Notes: a model not told the origin generated them from the letters alone. Counted from the first letter of the stretch, positions 28,348 through 41,395 are shown. The stretch is DNA of 64,000 nt from Balanoglossus misakiensis (GCA_040954595.2 CM082586.2:8649337-8713336), one strand, 5' to 3'. Made by a program: numbers and translations.

Positions 28348-28600
28348 CTATACAGTTTCGGACAACAGACTCAAGTTTACTCTGTTTACTTTCCAATTCG
28401 GGTCCTTACATTTAGCTTCATCATATCCAAAGTATACACCGAGTGTTTCGACAGGTTCTGTTCTCCGCTTTAAATCACCGACCTTTTCTTTTGTGTCTCG
28501 GCAGATTCCTAGCCACACAGCTTCTGACATGCTTCTATTCACCTGTAGGCCACTGTATGTGTTAATTAAAAGCTCAGCTTCTGAGTACAAACAATGGGGA
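28348..28600 (-). mobile_element. Degenerate L1/Tx1-like RT fragment
   Basis: SGLQVNRSMSEAVWLG...EPVETLGVYFG...NW resembles the SGL.IN..KS...LG and K.LG(V/I) motifs at the end of Tx1-type RT. Confidence 0.65.
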
Positions 28601-29200
28601 GAGACAACTTCTCTCGCACCAAGATTTATTTGCTGAATTTGGTCATCATTGTGTCGTACGATTCGAATTAAAAATTAGGAAATACTTTGATCTTACATTA
28701 TTTACAATATTCCGTCCTCCAAAATGCACCGTGCAAATGTTTAAAGAGACCACATTTCGCGCGCGCCCTTAATCATCGTAAACCTAAGGGTAGTTAATAC
28801 TAGTAAGGGATGCCGGTGGATAGCTGGAAATATCGGGGCAATTTGGGGGTCTCAGTCTCTTTTTCGTAGCTCAGAACTAATTATACTCCATGCCCTCGTA
28901 CCATAACGAATTTAAATCACGAATTCGATGACTTTATGGGGCGAAGTCTGTGATAACATTGGTCCAGTTTTATCTTGTGACGTCACTTCCGCATTTGCTA
29001 TCTGGGAACATGTAACTGCCCCGGTGTCTTCAGCGACTATTTATCGGCAGACACGAACTCGCTCGTGAACTAATGGTCTGAGAGTAGACGTTTCGAAATG
29101 CCAGTGAGCTCCCTAGTTACCGGGCTAGTCTACCTGCAGCAGTTTTTCATGTTAGAGCGAGAACATCCCAGTTACACAGAACAGGAACTCCAACCACTAA

Positions 29201-29484
29201 GGCCAAATAAAAAAATATGTGCTGTTCCGATTACATGTTTTTTCAAAAATAGGGTAGGTAGGTAGGGATTTTTTTTTTATTTTGCATTTTTTTAAAACTT
29301 TGGCCGCCGTAGTGTAGAAGAATGACAAAGTTCTTGTGTGATTCCCGCAATGTTCATAAATTTTGTATATTTGACATCGTTATTTTAACTTCCGGTTCAC
29401 GAAGCTCTAAAAAGTTTAGGGTCGGCGGGCTAAAATTAGGGTAGGTCGGGTAATCGGAACAGCACATATTTTTTTATTTTGGCC
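29201..29484 (+). mobile_element. Harbinger/Tourist-like MITE family A, copy 1
   Basis: TIRs ggccaaataaaaaaatatgtgctgttccgattac / gtaatcggaacagcacatatttttttattttggcc, with TAA on both sides. Confidence 0.9.
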
Positions 29485-32400
29485 TAATCAGAAAACCAGG
29501 AAGCGCAAGTAGCTATATGGCCAGTTATCAGAACAGACACAAAGAGAGGGGTTACGGAAAAAATTAGAGATAAAGAGTGGTATAGTGTTTATTATCTCAA
29601 TTTTTGCGATTCTCTTGGTCTTGACCGTTATGATATTTGGCTCTTCAATCGCACAAATATTTCCAACGAGAACCACAACACTGAGTAATATGCTTGTGCC
29701 ATGTTGCAGTCCTGCGTAGTTGCGCGATTTTATTTTGGAAAGGGCCATCGGTTTTCTTAAGTAATAGTCCATTAGAGACAATTGAATCGACAAAACAACT
29801 ATTTTCGATAAAAAACCATCAAAATGCCCGTTCTTTTTACTTTAAATACATCGTCCTGTGCTTGGCAGAGAGGTTTCTCAATTGGTGCTGAATATTGGAT
29901 CATTATGGCTATTACAAGCATTGGGTGCTCACTCTATTTGATCTAGCCGACAAAGACAATTTAATTGCAATAACAATGGCTAAATCTGGCATTTACACAG
30001 CCTAAACACGCACAATAATCGATTTTAAGAGTTAAATATCAACTGTAAACTCTCTAATGTTCGGATCTTGATACAATTTGGTAAGAAAAATGAAAAAGCA
30101 AATCCAATCACGTCTCCGTCGAAATTGAATCAGCCCAAAAGATTTCTGGTACGAAAGAAAAATAGACATGTTGTCAAGCGGCAAATTGGTCTTTTATATG
30201 TCGTAATAGAATCAGTGAAATTTACCAGTTAGGGAGTTCAGTATCATATTTGATTAGCGACGTTACATCTTCCGTCGGCTTTGAGAAAATGATTTTACGG
30301 TCAAATATTTGGAATCTATAATGATTTTCCACTTGAAACACGGATTCAATTATCTCTTGAACTAGCGAGATATCAAAATTAGAAATTGAATCACTACACG
30401 ATTCAAAATGTGGGCACGGAATGGAAAATGTTTGATGACTGTCGTGTCATTGATGAACGTGTTGCACTGTGACAAGTGTGGGACAATACAAAAAAGCTCA
30501 CCACCGCGATTACACTGAAAGCATGCACAAGCAAACGTGCGATAGAGAAGAACAAATTTGAAGTGTGGCCGAGCATTGCCAGTGAAAATCTGTCAGGGGT
30601 CTTTGACTCTCCACACTTCAATCACGGTCACTCCATCGTGCTTCAGTTTAGGCCTATAGCGTCTGCTCTTCACTGTTATTCACGTCCCAGTACGTTGTGC
30701 TTTCGGAATAATTCAGAAGATATTGTTTACTTGTCATACCATTGTTTAGCCGCGGTGTGTGCCCTGACGGTATACTGTTAGAACCACAGAGCATTTAGTT
30801 TTTGTGTTAAATATAATACACTGATGAATATATGATTTTAAATCAGTATATATTTTAAATTTGTACATGTACCATTTTAAAAGAAGCTGGCAGCGCCTCA
30901 GATCGCATATCAAAATTAAACATCAAGAATGTCATCGAAAATTAGCCTAAGGACACAGTCGGAGAAATGCAGAATGGTATAAACAGCCAAGTGAAATACT
31001 GCACGATTTATCAAGTGTGCATCACAAACTATCTGTTAAGTCCAGGACAGTCGTGAATGGGATTACTGTGGTTGTCGGAGATCACAATTAGAAACAGCAG
31101 TGCAAGGCTCCAAATTAACATAAATCGGCGTCACTACCTAATAGAAACAAGTATTCCATACAGAAGATTCGTTTTAACACACTCTCTTAAAATACATTAT
31201 ATGAATTGAGAAATGTTTATGAAACAAAACGTTTTCTTGGTGAGTAGATAGTAAATGACCTCGTCACACATGCCCCCCCCCCCCCGATGTCTGACGACTG
31301 TGCCAGGAAAATAGTTACAAAACTAAATCCCACTTTTGACGACTGCAAAGAGGCCGACCGGAAATCAATATTCATTTGAGTTTCAATGATAATTTGGGGC
31401 CGATAACATTTCCAACGATTCAGTGAAGAAATCAGATGTCTTCGGATATTGGACCTCGGACAAGCCATCGATGATTTTGACAGACATTAAAATGGTCGTT
31501 CATTGGTCATTGAACGCATGCGTGTGCCTCGTCATACAGTGACTGTGCTGTACAACTTGAATGACCTGAAAGGGCGCTATGTCTCTGTCGTTATGCACAC
31601 ATGTCCCAAAACATTTCATTTAATACCCATGTGCTACGAACTTTAGCAGTGATAATGATTTTACTTTCAAACTGAGATTAGTATATGCACACGGTCACGT
31701 GGTTTGTGTGGAGTGACCGTGGTTTGTACAAGTTAAATAATAAACGACTGCCCCCCTCATATATGGCCATGCACCTACATGCAAATATACAATGTAGACG
31801 GTGGCAGTGTTGCAGATAGACACACTGAAATCTTCATAGAAACAACGTTATCACTGGAACGATTCTTATGTAGATTCTACCTATAATTTTGTATTCTAGC
31901 ATGTAGTGAAAACTGTCAAATTAACTTCACAATTCTGTTAAAATAATGTTGTTATGGTGGCTATATCGTTTAGTCATTCTTGCGAGCTCAGAAACTGTTG
32001 CTGTAAAGAAGTCGTGGTATACGATTTGTTTAGTTGGTAAAATTCAACAATATCTGAGATAATTGGAAAATGCTGAGGTCAAAGACAATGTCATTTTTAA
32101 ATTGTCAATGCTGAGCTTGGGACCATCGATGACTCCTTTACGTTTGACAAAACGGCCGGTGACAGCTCAAATTAAGCACTTAACTCATTATATGACATCC
32201 GCTCGTCACAACCGGCACACCCAGTCTTTTACATAAACAAAAGTCAAGGGTTCGTAGGTCACGTGATGGCGTACGTCAAAAAAGTGTGAAAGAATGACAC
32301 AGGTCTGATTTTCGACTTGGGGGGGGGGGGGGTACTACATCATGTTGCTTAATACGGTGGTTCTGCCCAATCTGATTAAAATTGTTTTGGCTGTTCTGTT

Positions 32401-33823
32401 CTTTGTCTCTGTCTTTGCTGTTCTGTTCTCTGGCTTAGAATCAGCAAAGGTAAAGATAGCGCCCAACTCTACATCTTATTTTAACAAGATTGGGTTCTGC
32501 CCATACAAACACAAAATCAGCGAAACGTTGTTGGATATTATCAAACGGGTATACTTTTCTGATTGGCGTAAATGGTAATATATTCACACAAATCAACTTC
32601 TAAGACTACACATATGTTTTCTCGTGTCGATATATACACTGCACAAGTAAAATGACTGCAAAATACGAGTAGAATACAAAATAATACAATATACCATTGT
32701 AAAACATACCCGAAGACTTCGAGGGTCATGTGACCGGAAATGCCGCGGATACAGGCAGGCATAGATAAAACAACATAGAAATCGTCATGCCAATTTATGT
32801 ACATAGTTGTATAGCTCCCTTACATTGAATTGTTTTATGATTTATAATGTATTTCTGTTATGATGACATGTGCGCTCATGACAAATTAATATCCTTGTCG
32901 TTTCAATGTTTCAATTCTCTCTTATCCCACACTCAGGGGCTTTCTATCAAATATTATTAAAAACAAATTGAAATTTCATTTATTTAACATGCGACCAGAA
33001 ACAAAATAAGAGCATGAGTGAATTCAATATGGATCTTTCTGGGATCTCTTATACTTATTGTGAAGTGTCATAATACTTGATTTATCAATACTTCTCTCTA
33101 CTAAGCACAACCCGTTGAACGTTAGAAATCAAAAATAGCAGTTGTGACAAAATCCGTCTTATCCGAATGAAAATTCTCCATCGACGCTGCCAGGTCGTCT
33201 GATAACAACTTATCCATTAGATCATACCATTACCTATCACAGACAAAGACAAAAACAACAACAAAAACATAATGTAGTAAGAGGCGGGTTTATACTCCAA
33301 ATCTTCTCCCTATCCTTTAAAATCCTCACTATTACGTCATATTACTTGTATTTACATCTGTTTGTCTTTTCTTGGCGATGCATACCATGCTAACTGCGTT
33401 CTGTTTGTATGGAGGCTGATTAAATCGGTGCGGCGCCTGGTCAATATATAGCGTGTTCAAATTGCAGCATGCAGTCACAATCGGGCATCGAAATTGTGTT
33501 CATGTATACATATCAGTAAGTTAATTGAGATGAACCAATTTAAGTTGGAAAATAAAATCATGAAAATAATGCAAAAAGTGGCAGCGTCAGATGTGTTCAA
33601 TCAGCTGTAATGGGCGGGGGGGGGGATTAATAATATATCTGACTGAATCAAATAATAAAGATACATATTGCTGAAGCAGGATATTCTCTCCTGGAGGGTA
33701 AATATGGAGTCAAGAAATACTTCCAACCAGCCCAGCCTATAATGGAAGAAGACATACTAACAGAACAATGATGGTATGTTTGTCTTTATTTTTTCTTCTT
33801 ATGCGGAAGAAACACGATTATAA

Positions 33824-34114
33824 GGCCAAATAAAATAATATGTGCTGTTCCGATTACATGGTTTACAAAAATAGCGTAGGTAGGTAGGTAGGGATATTGC
33901 TTTATTTTGCGATTTTTTTTATTTCTCTGGTCGCCGTAATGTACAAGAATGACGTCATAGTTCTCGCGTGATTCGCGCAATTTTCATAATTTGTTTATAT
34001 TTGACATCATTATTTTTACTTCCGGATTTACGAAGCTCTAAAAAGTTTAGGGTCGGCGGGTTAAAATTAGGGTAGGTCGGGTAATCGGAACAGCACATAT
34101 TTTTTATTTTGGCC
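33824..34114 (+). mobile_element. MITE family A, copy 2
   Basis: Same TIRs and interior as copy 1; flanks taa / tac. Confidence 0.9.
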
Positions 34115-34281
34115 TACCAACCAACCGAAATGCACGAACCTGGAGTTATACTCCCGGTATCTTATTAAATATATATTTTTTTTGGGGGGGGGGGAATATA
34201 AAACCTGATTCGTGATGTATAACAAACACTTTTTGCAATGTACCATTAATACTGATATTACGGCATCAGTTACGTGTTCAG

Positions 34282-34820
34282 TTATTTACCTGATAATGCT
34301 CTAATTTCCTTGAGCCTCATCTGTATGTCACCTTGGTTATCCAATTGTCGAACAACTCGAAGTAGACTCTCCCATTTCAGCTTTCCGTTTCGCCTTTTGT
34401 AACCTTCTTTCAACATACTGTTAGCATTGCCTCTAAGACCAGCTTCTTTAATTAACGCAGCGTGTTTCATCTCTGGATCTTCTAAGCTATCGGTGGGAGT
34501 CCATATTGGTTGCACGATTTCCGCTATTTGGTCCAACAGACTGTATTCTACGTGGACTGGGGCGCATTTATTCAGAAATCCTATAAATTGGTGGTGAGAA
34601 AAATTGTCAGGTGTCTGAATCTTACCACCGGACTTCGATTGGTCGGAGACACTGAAATCATTCGAAAGTAATGTACTTGTACCACTACAAGTATTGGTAC
34701 TAGTGTCATGTATCAGACGGGCAGAAAATGGCGGTCCATGCCAGTCCCAGTGAATAGAGAGTGAAGTAAGGTGGGCGAGCTCTGACCCTGTCAGCTCTTG
34801 TAGTTCGATACAATTATGTA
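34282..34820 (-). CDS. ZU5-UPA-death-domain helical-repeat protein, exon 13 (last; death-domain-like C-terminus)
   Basis: Acceptor ttacacag| in phase 1. ORF ends LLDQIAEIVQPIW...ANSMLKEGYKRRNGKLKWESLLRVVRQLD...SGK*. Confidence 0.75.
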
Positions 34821-34952
34821 CTGTGTAACTGAGTCTTTGTATCAAATATCAAACGCGTCGAAAGTATGATCGATCAAAGATTTAGGTCTAATATAACTGT
34901 TGAAAGGTTGAAAGTGTAAGGGTCACCCGATCTCGACGTTCTGTCCCGTCCT

Positions 34953-35155
34953 ATGTTATGTTGTGTTGTGTTGTGTTGTGTTGTGTTGTGTTGTGTTGTG
35001 TTGTGTTGTGTTGTGTTGTGTTGTGTTGTGTTGTATCGCGTTGCGTTGCGTTGCGTTGTGTTGTGTTGTGTTGTGTTGTGTTGTGTTGTGTTGTGTCGTG
35101 TCGTGTTGTGTTGTGTCGTGTCGTGTTGTGTTGTGTCGAGTCGTGTCGTGTCGTA
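34953..35155. repeat. (GTGTT)n pentanucleotide microsatellite
   Basis: Directly visible; intronic. Confidence 0.95.
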
Positions 35156-35357
35156 TTAAGCCAATCCATTCACAATACCCTTCTTATCTCCCACCACAAC
35201 TGTACTGTACATATGTAATTATATTTATTGTTACTTCTTACAGAACACCGCCTTGGACGAAATGATCGAAGAATGAGAAAACAGGGATAACCAGAGCATA
35301 GAATGGGAAATGTGCTTTCACATTCAGAACATCCGCTCAGTCGAATTCCTGACTTAC

Positions 35358-35570
35358 CTTTCACTTTCAATTCTAACTTGTCAAGGTCATCTCCCAATCT
35401 CTTTGTTTTCGAAAGAGTCTTGTCACTTTCAATTATTTTCTTTCTGATTCGTGTAATTTTGTCCAGGAGTTCCTCAGCAAGGTGTTTTGGATAAACTGTC
35501 TTCATCGATTTTTCCAAATGTCGAAGTCTCAAGAGCAACGCATGTTTAGCGTGGTTGATTTCTGCCCGGG
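35358..35570 (-). CDS. ZU5-UPA-DD protein exon 12 (helical repeat 7)
   Basis: tgcacag| ... |gtaagt, 213 nt, phase 1-1, open frame. Confidence 0.8.
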
Positions 35571-36107
35571 CTGTGCATTTTGAAGAAAAAAAATTCCGAT
35601 AAATGCATTAGGCCTGTGTCAGGCTAAATCGGTATAAAAATTGAGTAGTAGGCTATAATGGCCAACTGATCCTCGATGCAATCGATCAGATGAAAATAAT
35701 CTTAAAAATCAACCAATCGAAACATATTTTTATCCATGGCTTTCTGAAGACTATAATTAATAATTTTTGGTATAATAAGATATCAATTTCATGGGTTTTT
35801 CAACATCAATCTTCAATACATCTGAAACTGGTTTGCCGTAAAGCATGTATTTGTTTTCCAATCACAGCAAAGAAATACTAAAATTTCAGCAGATGCCATG
35901 CCTTCATTTGTTAGCTGGTCCCCATCCCCAATGAACAAATTACAAAGAGTAGGTTAAGGGAAACCTCAATTCACAGAAATATGAATTGAATTTTATCGTG
36001 CGACTCGGAATGTTGGCTTTGTATTTTTCGGGAATGGCTCAGTTTAGTGTTAAAATCAAGTTGACCTGCCAATGAACAACGCTTGTGAATTCACAAGGAA
36101 GTCTTAC

Positions 36108-36323
36108 ATTTTAGTCTCCTTTCGATGTCAACAGCCTTTTGATAGTATCCTTTTAGTTCCGCCGTCGATGGTTTATGTTTGGTTTTCTCTTCTTCTAGCT
36201 TGGTGAGCTCTAACTTGAATTTCTGTACATCCTCATATGACGCTAGGGTTGGTAACTGTTTGAGCAGCTGTTCCAGCTTGCTTTGCAATTTGTCCTTAAG
36301 CTTCATTTCAACCTTTCGTATTT
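36108..36323 (-). CDS. ZU5-UPA-DD protein exon 11 (helical repeat 6)
   Basis: ttcttcag| ... |gtaaga, 216 nt, phase 1-1. Confidence 0.8.
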
Positions 36324-37046
36324 CTGAAGAAAGAAGTTAATATCTTTAAAAAAAAGTTGAAAAAGCTTGTTTATTTTTAAGTGAAGTTGTTTTGCAGACT
36401 TGGCTTCCAGTTATCAACTAATCTGTTGCAATCAGAATAATGCGGGCCTCGGAGTCAGTGTTACAGCAAACGGTGCGGTTTTATTCCCTAAACCTCCGAG
36501 TGTGAGTCCGTCGATTATGTTATAACACGAATTTGCCGAGTGTTTTGGCGTGTTTTCACTCCGTCAAAATTGGATTCGTCGTTTCAGTCTGGTGTGTGAC
36601 GTCACTTCCGCCCTTAAATGGGTTTTGAAAACTCGAATACATTTGTAGCATCTGTGAAGAGGAGCCAGCAGAAATTACCTCGTGGAGTATCAGACAGAGT
36701 TTGATTTCAAGCGTGTGTCTTTGTCGTTTTTATCCAGTGAAGACACAGTTTGCACGCAAAAGTCAAACTTTACCCAATCTTAGATCATGGTCACGTGGAC
36801 GTATAAAAACCCACAGTTTCTAAAAATAAAAGTGTCGGTTTACCAGTAAACCTGACAGTTTCTAACAAGAAAGCAAACAAAGAAAAGAATGTCACGTGGT
36901 CATAACGAGAGATCGGTTATTGGAAAAAAGAAGCATGGGCACGAGGCAAAGAGTGGATGAACAATTGTAAATCCCGTCTAACGCCTACAATATAATAACC
37001 TATAAAAATGGGAATTTTTATATAACGAAAGGGCAAGTGGGATTAC

Positions 37047-37268
37047 CATCGACATCTTTCTCCAGAAAACTAACATCACTGGACATTTTTCTGAGTCTTG
37101 TAAGAGAAGTTCTCCGAACTTGACATTCTTTCCCCACTGTCGTCAGAGTCTTTTGTAAGTTGCCCGTGGTGTCTGTGTCACCCACGTCTTCATCCACCAT
37201 TTTGCCCAACGTTTTCGCCTGGATATGTAACGTCGTTTTGATAGATGTCAACTTTTCATTTACCATAT
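37047..37268 (-). CDS. ZU5-UPA-DD protein exon 10 (helical repeat 5)
   Basis: aatatag| ... |gtaatc, 222 nt, phase 1-1. Confidence 0.78.
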
Positions 37269-37507
37269 CTATATTGATTGCATAACAAGGGAAGATAATG
37301 AGTGGTGCTATAACTTGTACCGGTAGTAATGGCGAGTGTAAAATGGTCCATTTTCGGAATTAAATACAAAGCCATTCCGTCTGTCTGTCTGTCTGACATG
37401 TTGAAAATGATTATGTATGCAAATTAGCACTGATTGATTAGAATCTGTGAAGTGTCTTTTAATGCTATACATGTCTATAACAATTAATAACAATTAAACA
37501 TACCTAC

Positions 37508-37726
37508 CCGTTACGTTCAGCTTGAGTTGATCTACTTGCCAAAGTAACTCTTGTAATCGAACCAAAAATCCAAATGATTCGTTTGCTTCTTGTTGCAGTC
37601 GTGTGACTGTCGCCCTCAACGTTTGAACGTCTGAGTCGAAACTCATGTCGTCTACATGTTTGCTGATAAATCTCAGTTTCTCCATAATTTCTTCAAACAA
37701 ACTTTTCGACTTCCACACGATTCGTT
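37508..37726 (-). CDS. ZU5-UPA-DD protein exon 9 (helical repeat 4)
   Basis: aatgcag| ... |gtaggt, 219 nt, phase 1-1. Confidence 0.8.
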
Positions 37727-38040
37727 CTGCATTGGAAATCAGTTGATGGGTTAAGACGAAATGAAAGTATCGTCACATTATGACTTTCACAGTGATTGGA
37801 TGTGGACACATCAGTGAAAATGTTGGTTATTGAATATGTGTTATTGTTATTGTTGTTGTTGTTATTGTTGTTGTTGCTTTCTGTTACACGAATGTATTAG
37901 CATAATCCAAAGCTCATTACTCACTTTATTTCTGGGTCGTTATATCTCGTCGTTTTGACGTCATTCATTATAACTGTTAGTGATTTCGCCGGACCACATT
38001 GATGCAGTGAACCAAATATTTCGCTTCAGTTCCAACCTAC

Positions 38041-38265
38041 CTCGGAAATGGGTCTCCGTTTCTTCCAGAATACTTTGTAATCTAACAAGCTCCTTGCCAG
38101 ACGTCTTGGCTGCTGGCAATTCATACTCGATATTCTGTAAGGAATTTCGGAAAGGTTCGGCTACATCCGGACAATACGTGGTTTCTGTCTTCATAGATTC
38201 TTTGAATAAATTGATCTGCTGACGGATTGACATTTCCAACGTCTTCAGATATATATCTGCTTCAC
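38041..38265 (-). CDS. ZU5-UPA-DD protein exon 8 (helical repeat 3)
   Basis: attcaag| ... |gtaggt, 225 nt, phase 1-1. Confidence 0.78.
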
Positions 38266-38530
38266 CTTGAATAAAGAATATTTTGTCCTTTATGAGGTCA
38301 CATTTCATTGTATGTTAAGTGCACGATTGTTTTAAAAATTCATATTTCACATCAGAGACGAGGTGGAAAGCCCCCCAAAACATACATTTTCATAAAACTG
38401 AGTTTCTTTACTTTATGCCTACTGGTATGCGGTTAGTTATAATTAAAACAGGAAATTGGATAAAACGCAACAAAAATGGGGGGGGCAAGGCCTGTGTATC
38501 ATTATATTACAGAAACATCATACATAATAC

Positions 38531-38673
38531 CAATTTGATTAAAATCAGATGTAGGGTATGACGACGTCTTTTACTTAGCGGTGCGGTATTCTTATGCTGT
38601 CGCACAAGAAAACCGCGGCGTACCGCGAAGTAAGAGACCTCGCCGTACCCTACATCTGACTTAAATCAGATTG
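38531..38673. mobile_element. 143-bp hairpin MITE with 9-bp TSD (Mutator-like)
   Basis: caatttgattaaaatcagatgtagggta... and ...taccctacatctgacttaaatcagattg are inverted arms; acataatac flanks both sides (38522-38530, 38674-38682). Confidence 0.85.
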
Positions 38674-38686
38674 ACATAATACTAAC

Positions 38687-38911
38687 TTTCGATAGTTTGT
38701 TCAAGTTGAGCAACATCTTTGGTCCGTCTCGCCACAATGTCGATGGTTTCTTTCGATGAAAACAACTCTTCCTGAAGTCGAGCAATTTCAGTTAGATATT
38801 TTTGTCTGGGATCTCCATCTTGAGCGAACACATGATTAACTGTATGTTGGAGCTTCGATAGTCTCTTCTGGATTGACTCATTCATTGATACAGTACATTT
38901 ACTCACTTCAT
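38687..38911 (-). CDS. ZU5-UPA-DD protein exon 7 (helical repeat 2)
   Basis: tttcaacag| ... |gttagt, 225 nt, phase 1-1. Confidence 0.8.
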
Positions 38912-39433
38912 CTGTTGAAATGTAGCATAATTACCTAATTAACACAAGAAACAGTCCGGAAAGACCTCTTTGATGGTAATCCCCCCCCCCCACCACTTGG
39001 GTCAATTCGTTTGATTCACTCGGATCAGAAGAATGCACTTGAGTCAATCATGTAGAGCAACCCTCCTTGCCCAGTGCAGAATCTCAAACTCATATCAAAC
39101 ACACAGACTACACGTACATCCGCATGCAGTGATTTGCGCACAAGTTATAGACCACGGTAAACGTAATTTGTTAAAACAGTTTTCCATTTAGTTGATTACT
39201 TTATATAAAAACATCAATGTTAAACAGCAATAGTCAAACACGTGCAGAACAGGTTGAAATGGGGAGTCTTTGCAATGAATCATGGTCGCACATGCGCACT
39301 GGTGTACAGAGCCCCGGATGTTCTCTAGTCATGACGAGGTGACCATTATTCAAACAGTGAGTTCAACTTGAAGAATGTATGTGGCATGACTGGTGAATGT
39401 AGGTTAAAAACACGGATTCCCGAGGTTACTCAC

Positions 39434-39679
39434 CGTCTAACTTCTCCTCCAGATCATGTACTTTCTTTTCAACACTTTGCAGTTTATGCGTCCATTGTGA
39501 ACCGCGACGAAGTCCATCATCTAAAAGTATCACGGATCGATTGAAGTCCTCCTGTACTTCTTCGTCTTCTAAATGAATGGATTCTCGTCGAACTCTCATT
39601 TTCAAATGTTCACTTTTCTGACGGAGGCTGTTTCTTCTTCGTTCTACTTCTTCAATCTCTTCTATCACACAAGGTTTCT
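39434..39679 (-). CDS. ZU5-UPA-DD protein exon 6 (helical repeat 1)
   Basis: ttcattgcag| ... |gtgagt, 246 nt, phase 1-1. Confidence 0.82.
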
Positions 39680-40274
39680 CTGCAATGAACATAGCAAGTT
39701 AATTAGTGTACCCCTTTTTATTACGTGCTGCGTTTAAAGTTATTATAGTGTATGTTTGTTTTGTATTTTTGTGATACGAGTTTGTGAATGGCACAGATGC
39801 AATGCTCATTGGATTTGCAAAATATAAGTGCGCACGAAATTGTCAATTTGCAGCTTATAGGAATATTGCAGTCAGCAGCATATACGGTCCACTATGTTAC
39901 TTATTCAATGATCTCAAATTCAAGACAAGCGATTGCAATGCAGATAAGTTTTCACACTTTGTCAATTTTGGTCACATTTTGGTTAATTTTAGTTATTTGT
40001 GTATCAGTTAAAACACGTCGCCACTCCACAACAAAGCAGTTGTGAGCTCAGTGCACAACTGTACAAAGAAAACTTGGTTCTGCTTGTTGTTTAATTATAA
40101 TTGGCAATGAATGCATCTCTTGTCTTTAAAATCGACTGAAAAATAGTCAGGAATTAAACGAGATTGTGTTGAGAAGTAGACCAAGCTAATGTAGTTTTCA
40201 AAAAGTACTGGAAAAATAGATAAAAAAAATACTGCTGTGATGCCATAGTGTAAACAACGACATGACATAACCAC

Positions 40275-40914
40275 CTGTTGATTGTTCATCTTCTTTGTCC
40301 AGGAGTATTCTATGAATGGATTCTTCAACTAGCACATTCATTGATTTGTTTCCAATCTCTTCGCCAACGCGATGCAGGGAATCCAAAATCTGAAGTCTCG
40401 TGCGATCATTGGCTGTGTGAATCACGTGGAAGTATTCCAACATGGTGCTTTCTGGGTAATTTTGCTTCCCTATCCAATGTATAGTTCGAGGAGATAAGCC
40501 TAGTGTAATTGCAAGTCCGCGGTAATCTTTCGGTAAATTTGAATTCCGGTTGCCGGGGATCGGCGCCTTCTGGTGAACTGCCGTTGCTGGGCGTCCGTCA
40601 AGGAACTCGGAAGTCCTGAGGGCGCTGCGGCGAACTCTTGGCTGCCCAATCTGATATGAGCATGCGCTGGAGATATTTGATGATGCTGATGTACATCTGC
40701 GCCCTTTCTCTGTAAAGGATGCATTGCCATTTTCATGAAACTTCCGGCTCGTTGTCAAGTTTGAGCAAACACGCGAGTGTATGTCTGGGTGCAGCAACTG
40801 ATCAGCTTTGGCAAGCGCCACCAAGTTTACTTCTGACGTCATCGGCCTTGTTCGTCGACTTTCGGAATGAACATGATTCTTGTGGCCATACGTCACAATG
40901 ACGTCATTCGTTGT
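40275..40914 (-). CDS. ZU5-UPA-DD protein exon 5 (linker and death domain)
   Basis: ttttag| phase 0. KDYRGLAITLGLSPRTIHWI...PESTMLEYF...LQILDSLHRVGEEIGNKSM fits the D(W/Y)R.LA..LGL...P...L death-domain pattern. The donor cag|gtggtt is less certain. Confidence 0.8.
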
Positions 40915-41212
40915 CTAAAATAATATCAGATCATAAATTAATCAGATGTGATTATGCATTTTTATTTAAGAATTCATTTGTGTGCAAATAAATATGCAAA
41001 TAATAAAAGTTTAAATCAATTGTCAAATCTTGAAATAGCGATTGAGTTGAACTTCCTTATATTTACTGAGATTTGGATGTTGAAATGGACCTTAATAAAT
41101 GGCTTGTACATTCGAAAAACACATTTTGATTTTAAATCTGCGCTTCATTCCCACCTCTTTCCCCTTCAAATATGTGTTATTTCAATGGTTGCTACTGTCT
41201 AAGTTACCCTAC

Positions 41213-41395
41213 CTCCGCTATATTGTCTGTTGTACGTTGTATATTCATCACCGCACGCTTGGAGATGGGGTGCTTCTGTTTAATTCCAATTTGTATGAAT
41301 ACAGATGGTGTCAGTTCCCTGCCATAATACTCGAATTTATATGACTTGGAGACTGCCACTTTCGATGAACCCCACATTTGTTGACAACCTATAGC
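41213..41395 (-). CDS. ZU5-UPA-DD protein exon 4 (UPA, C-terminal part)
   Basis: cgtag| AIGCQQMWGSSKVAVSKSYKFEYYG...NIAE |gtaggg, 183 nt, phase 0-0. Not in the ORF track; it bridges exons 3 and 5 in frame. Confidence 0.72.

Noticed and set aside
34951-35265. Cys-rich VLCC repeat ORFs
   Set aside because: Translation of the intronic (GTGTT)n repeat.
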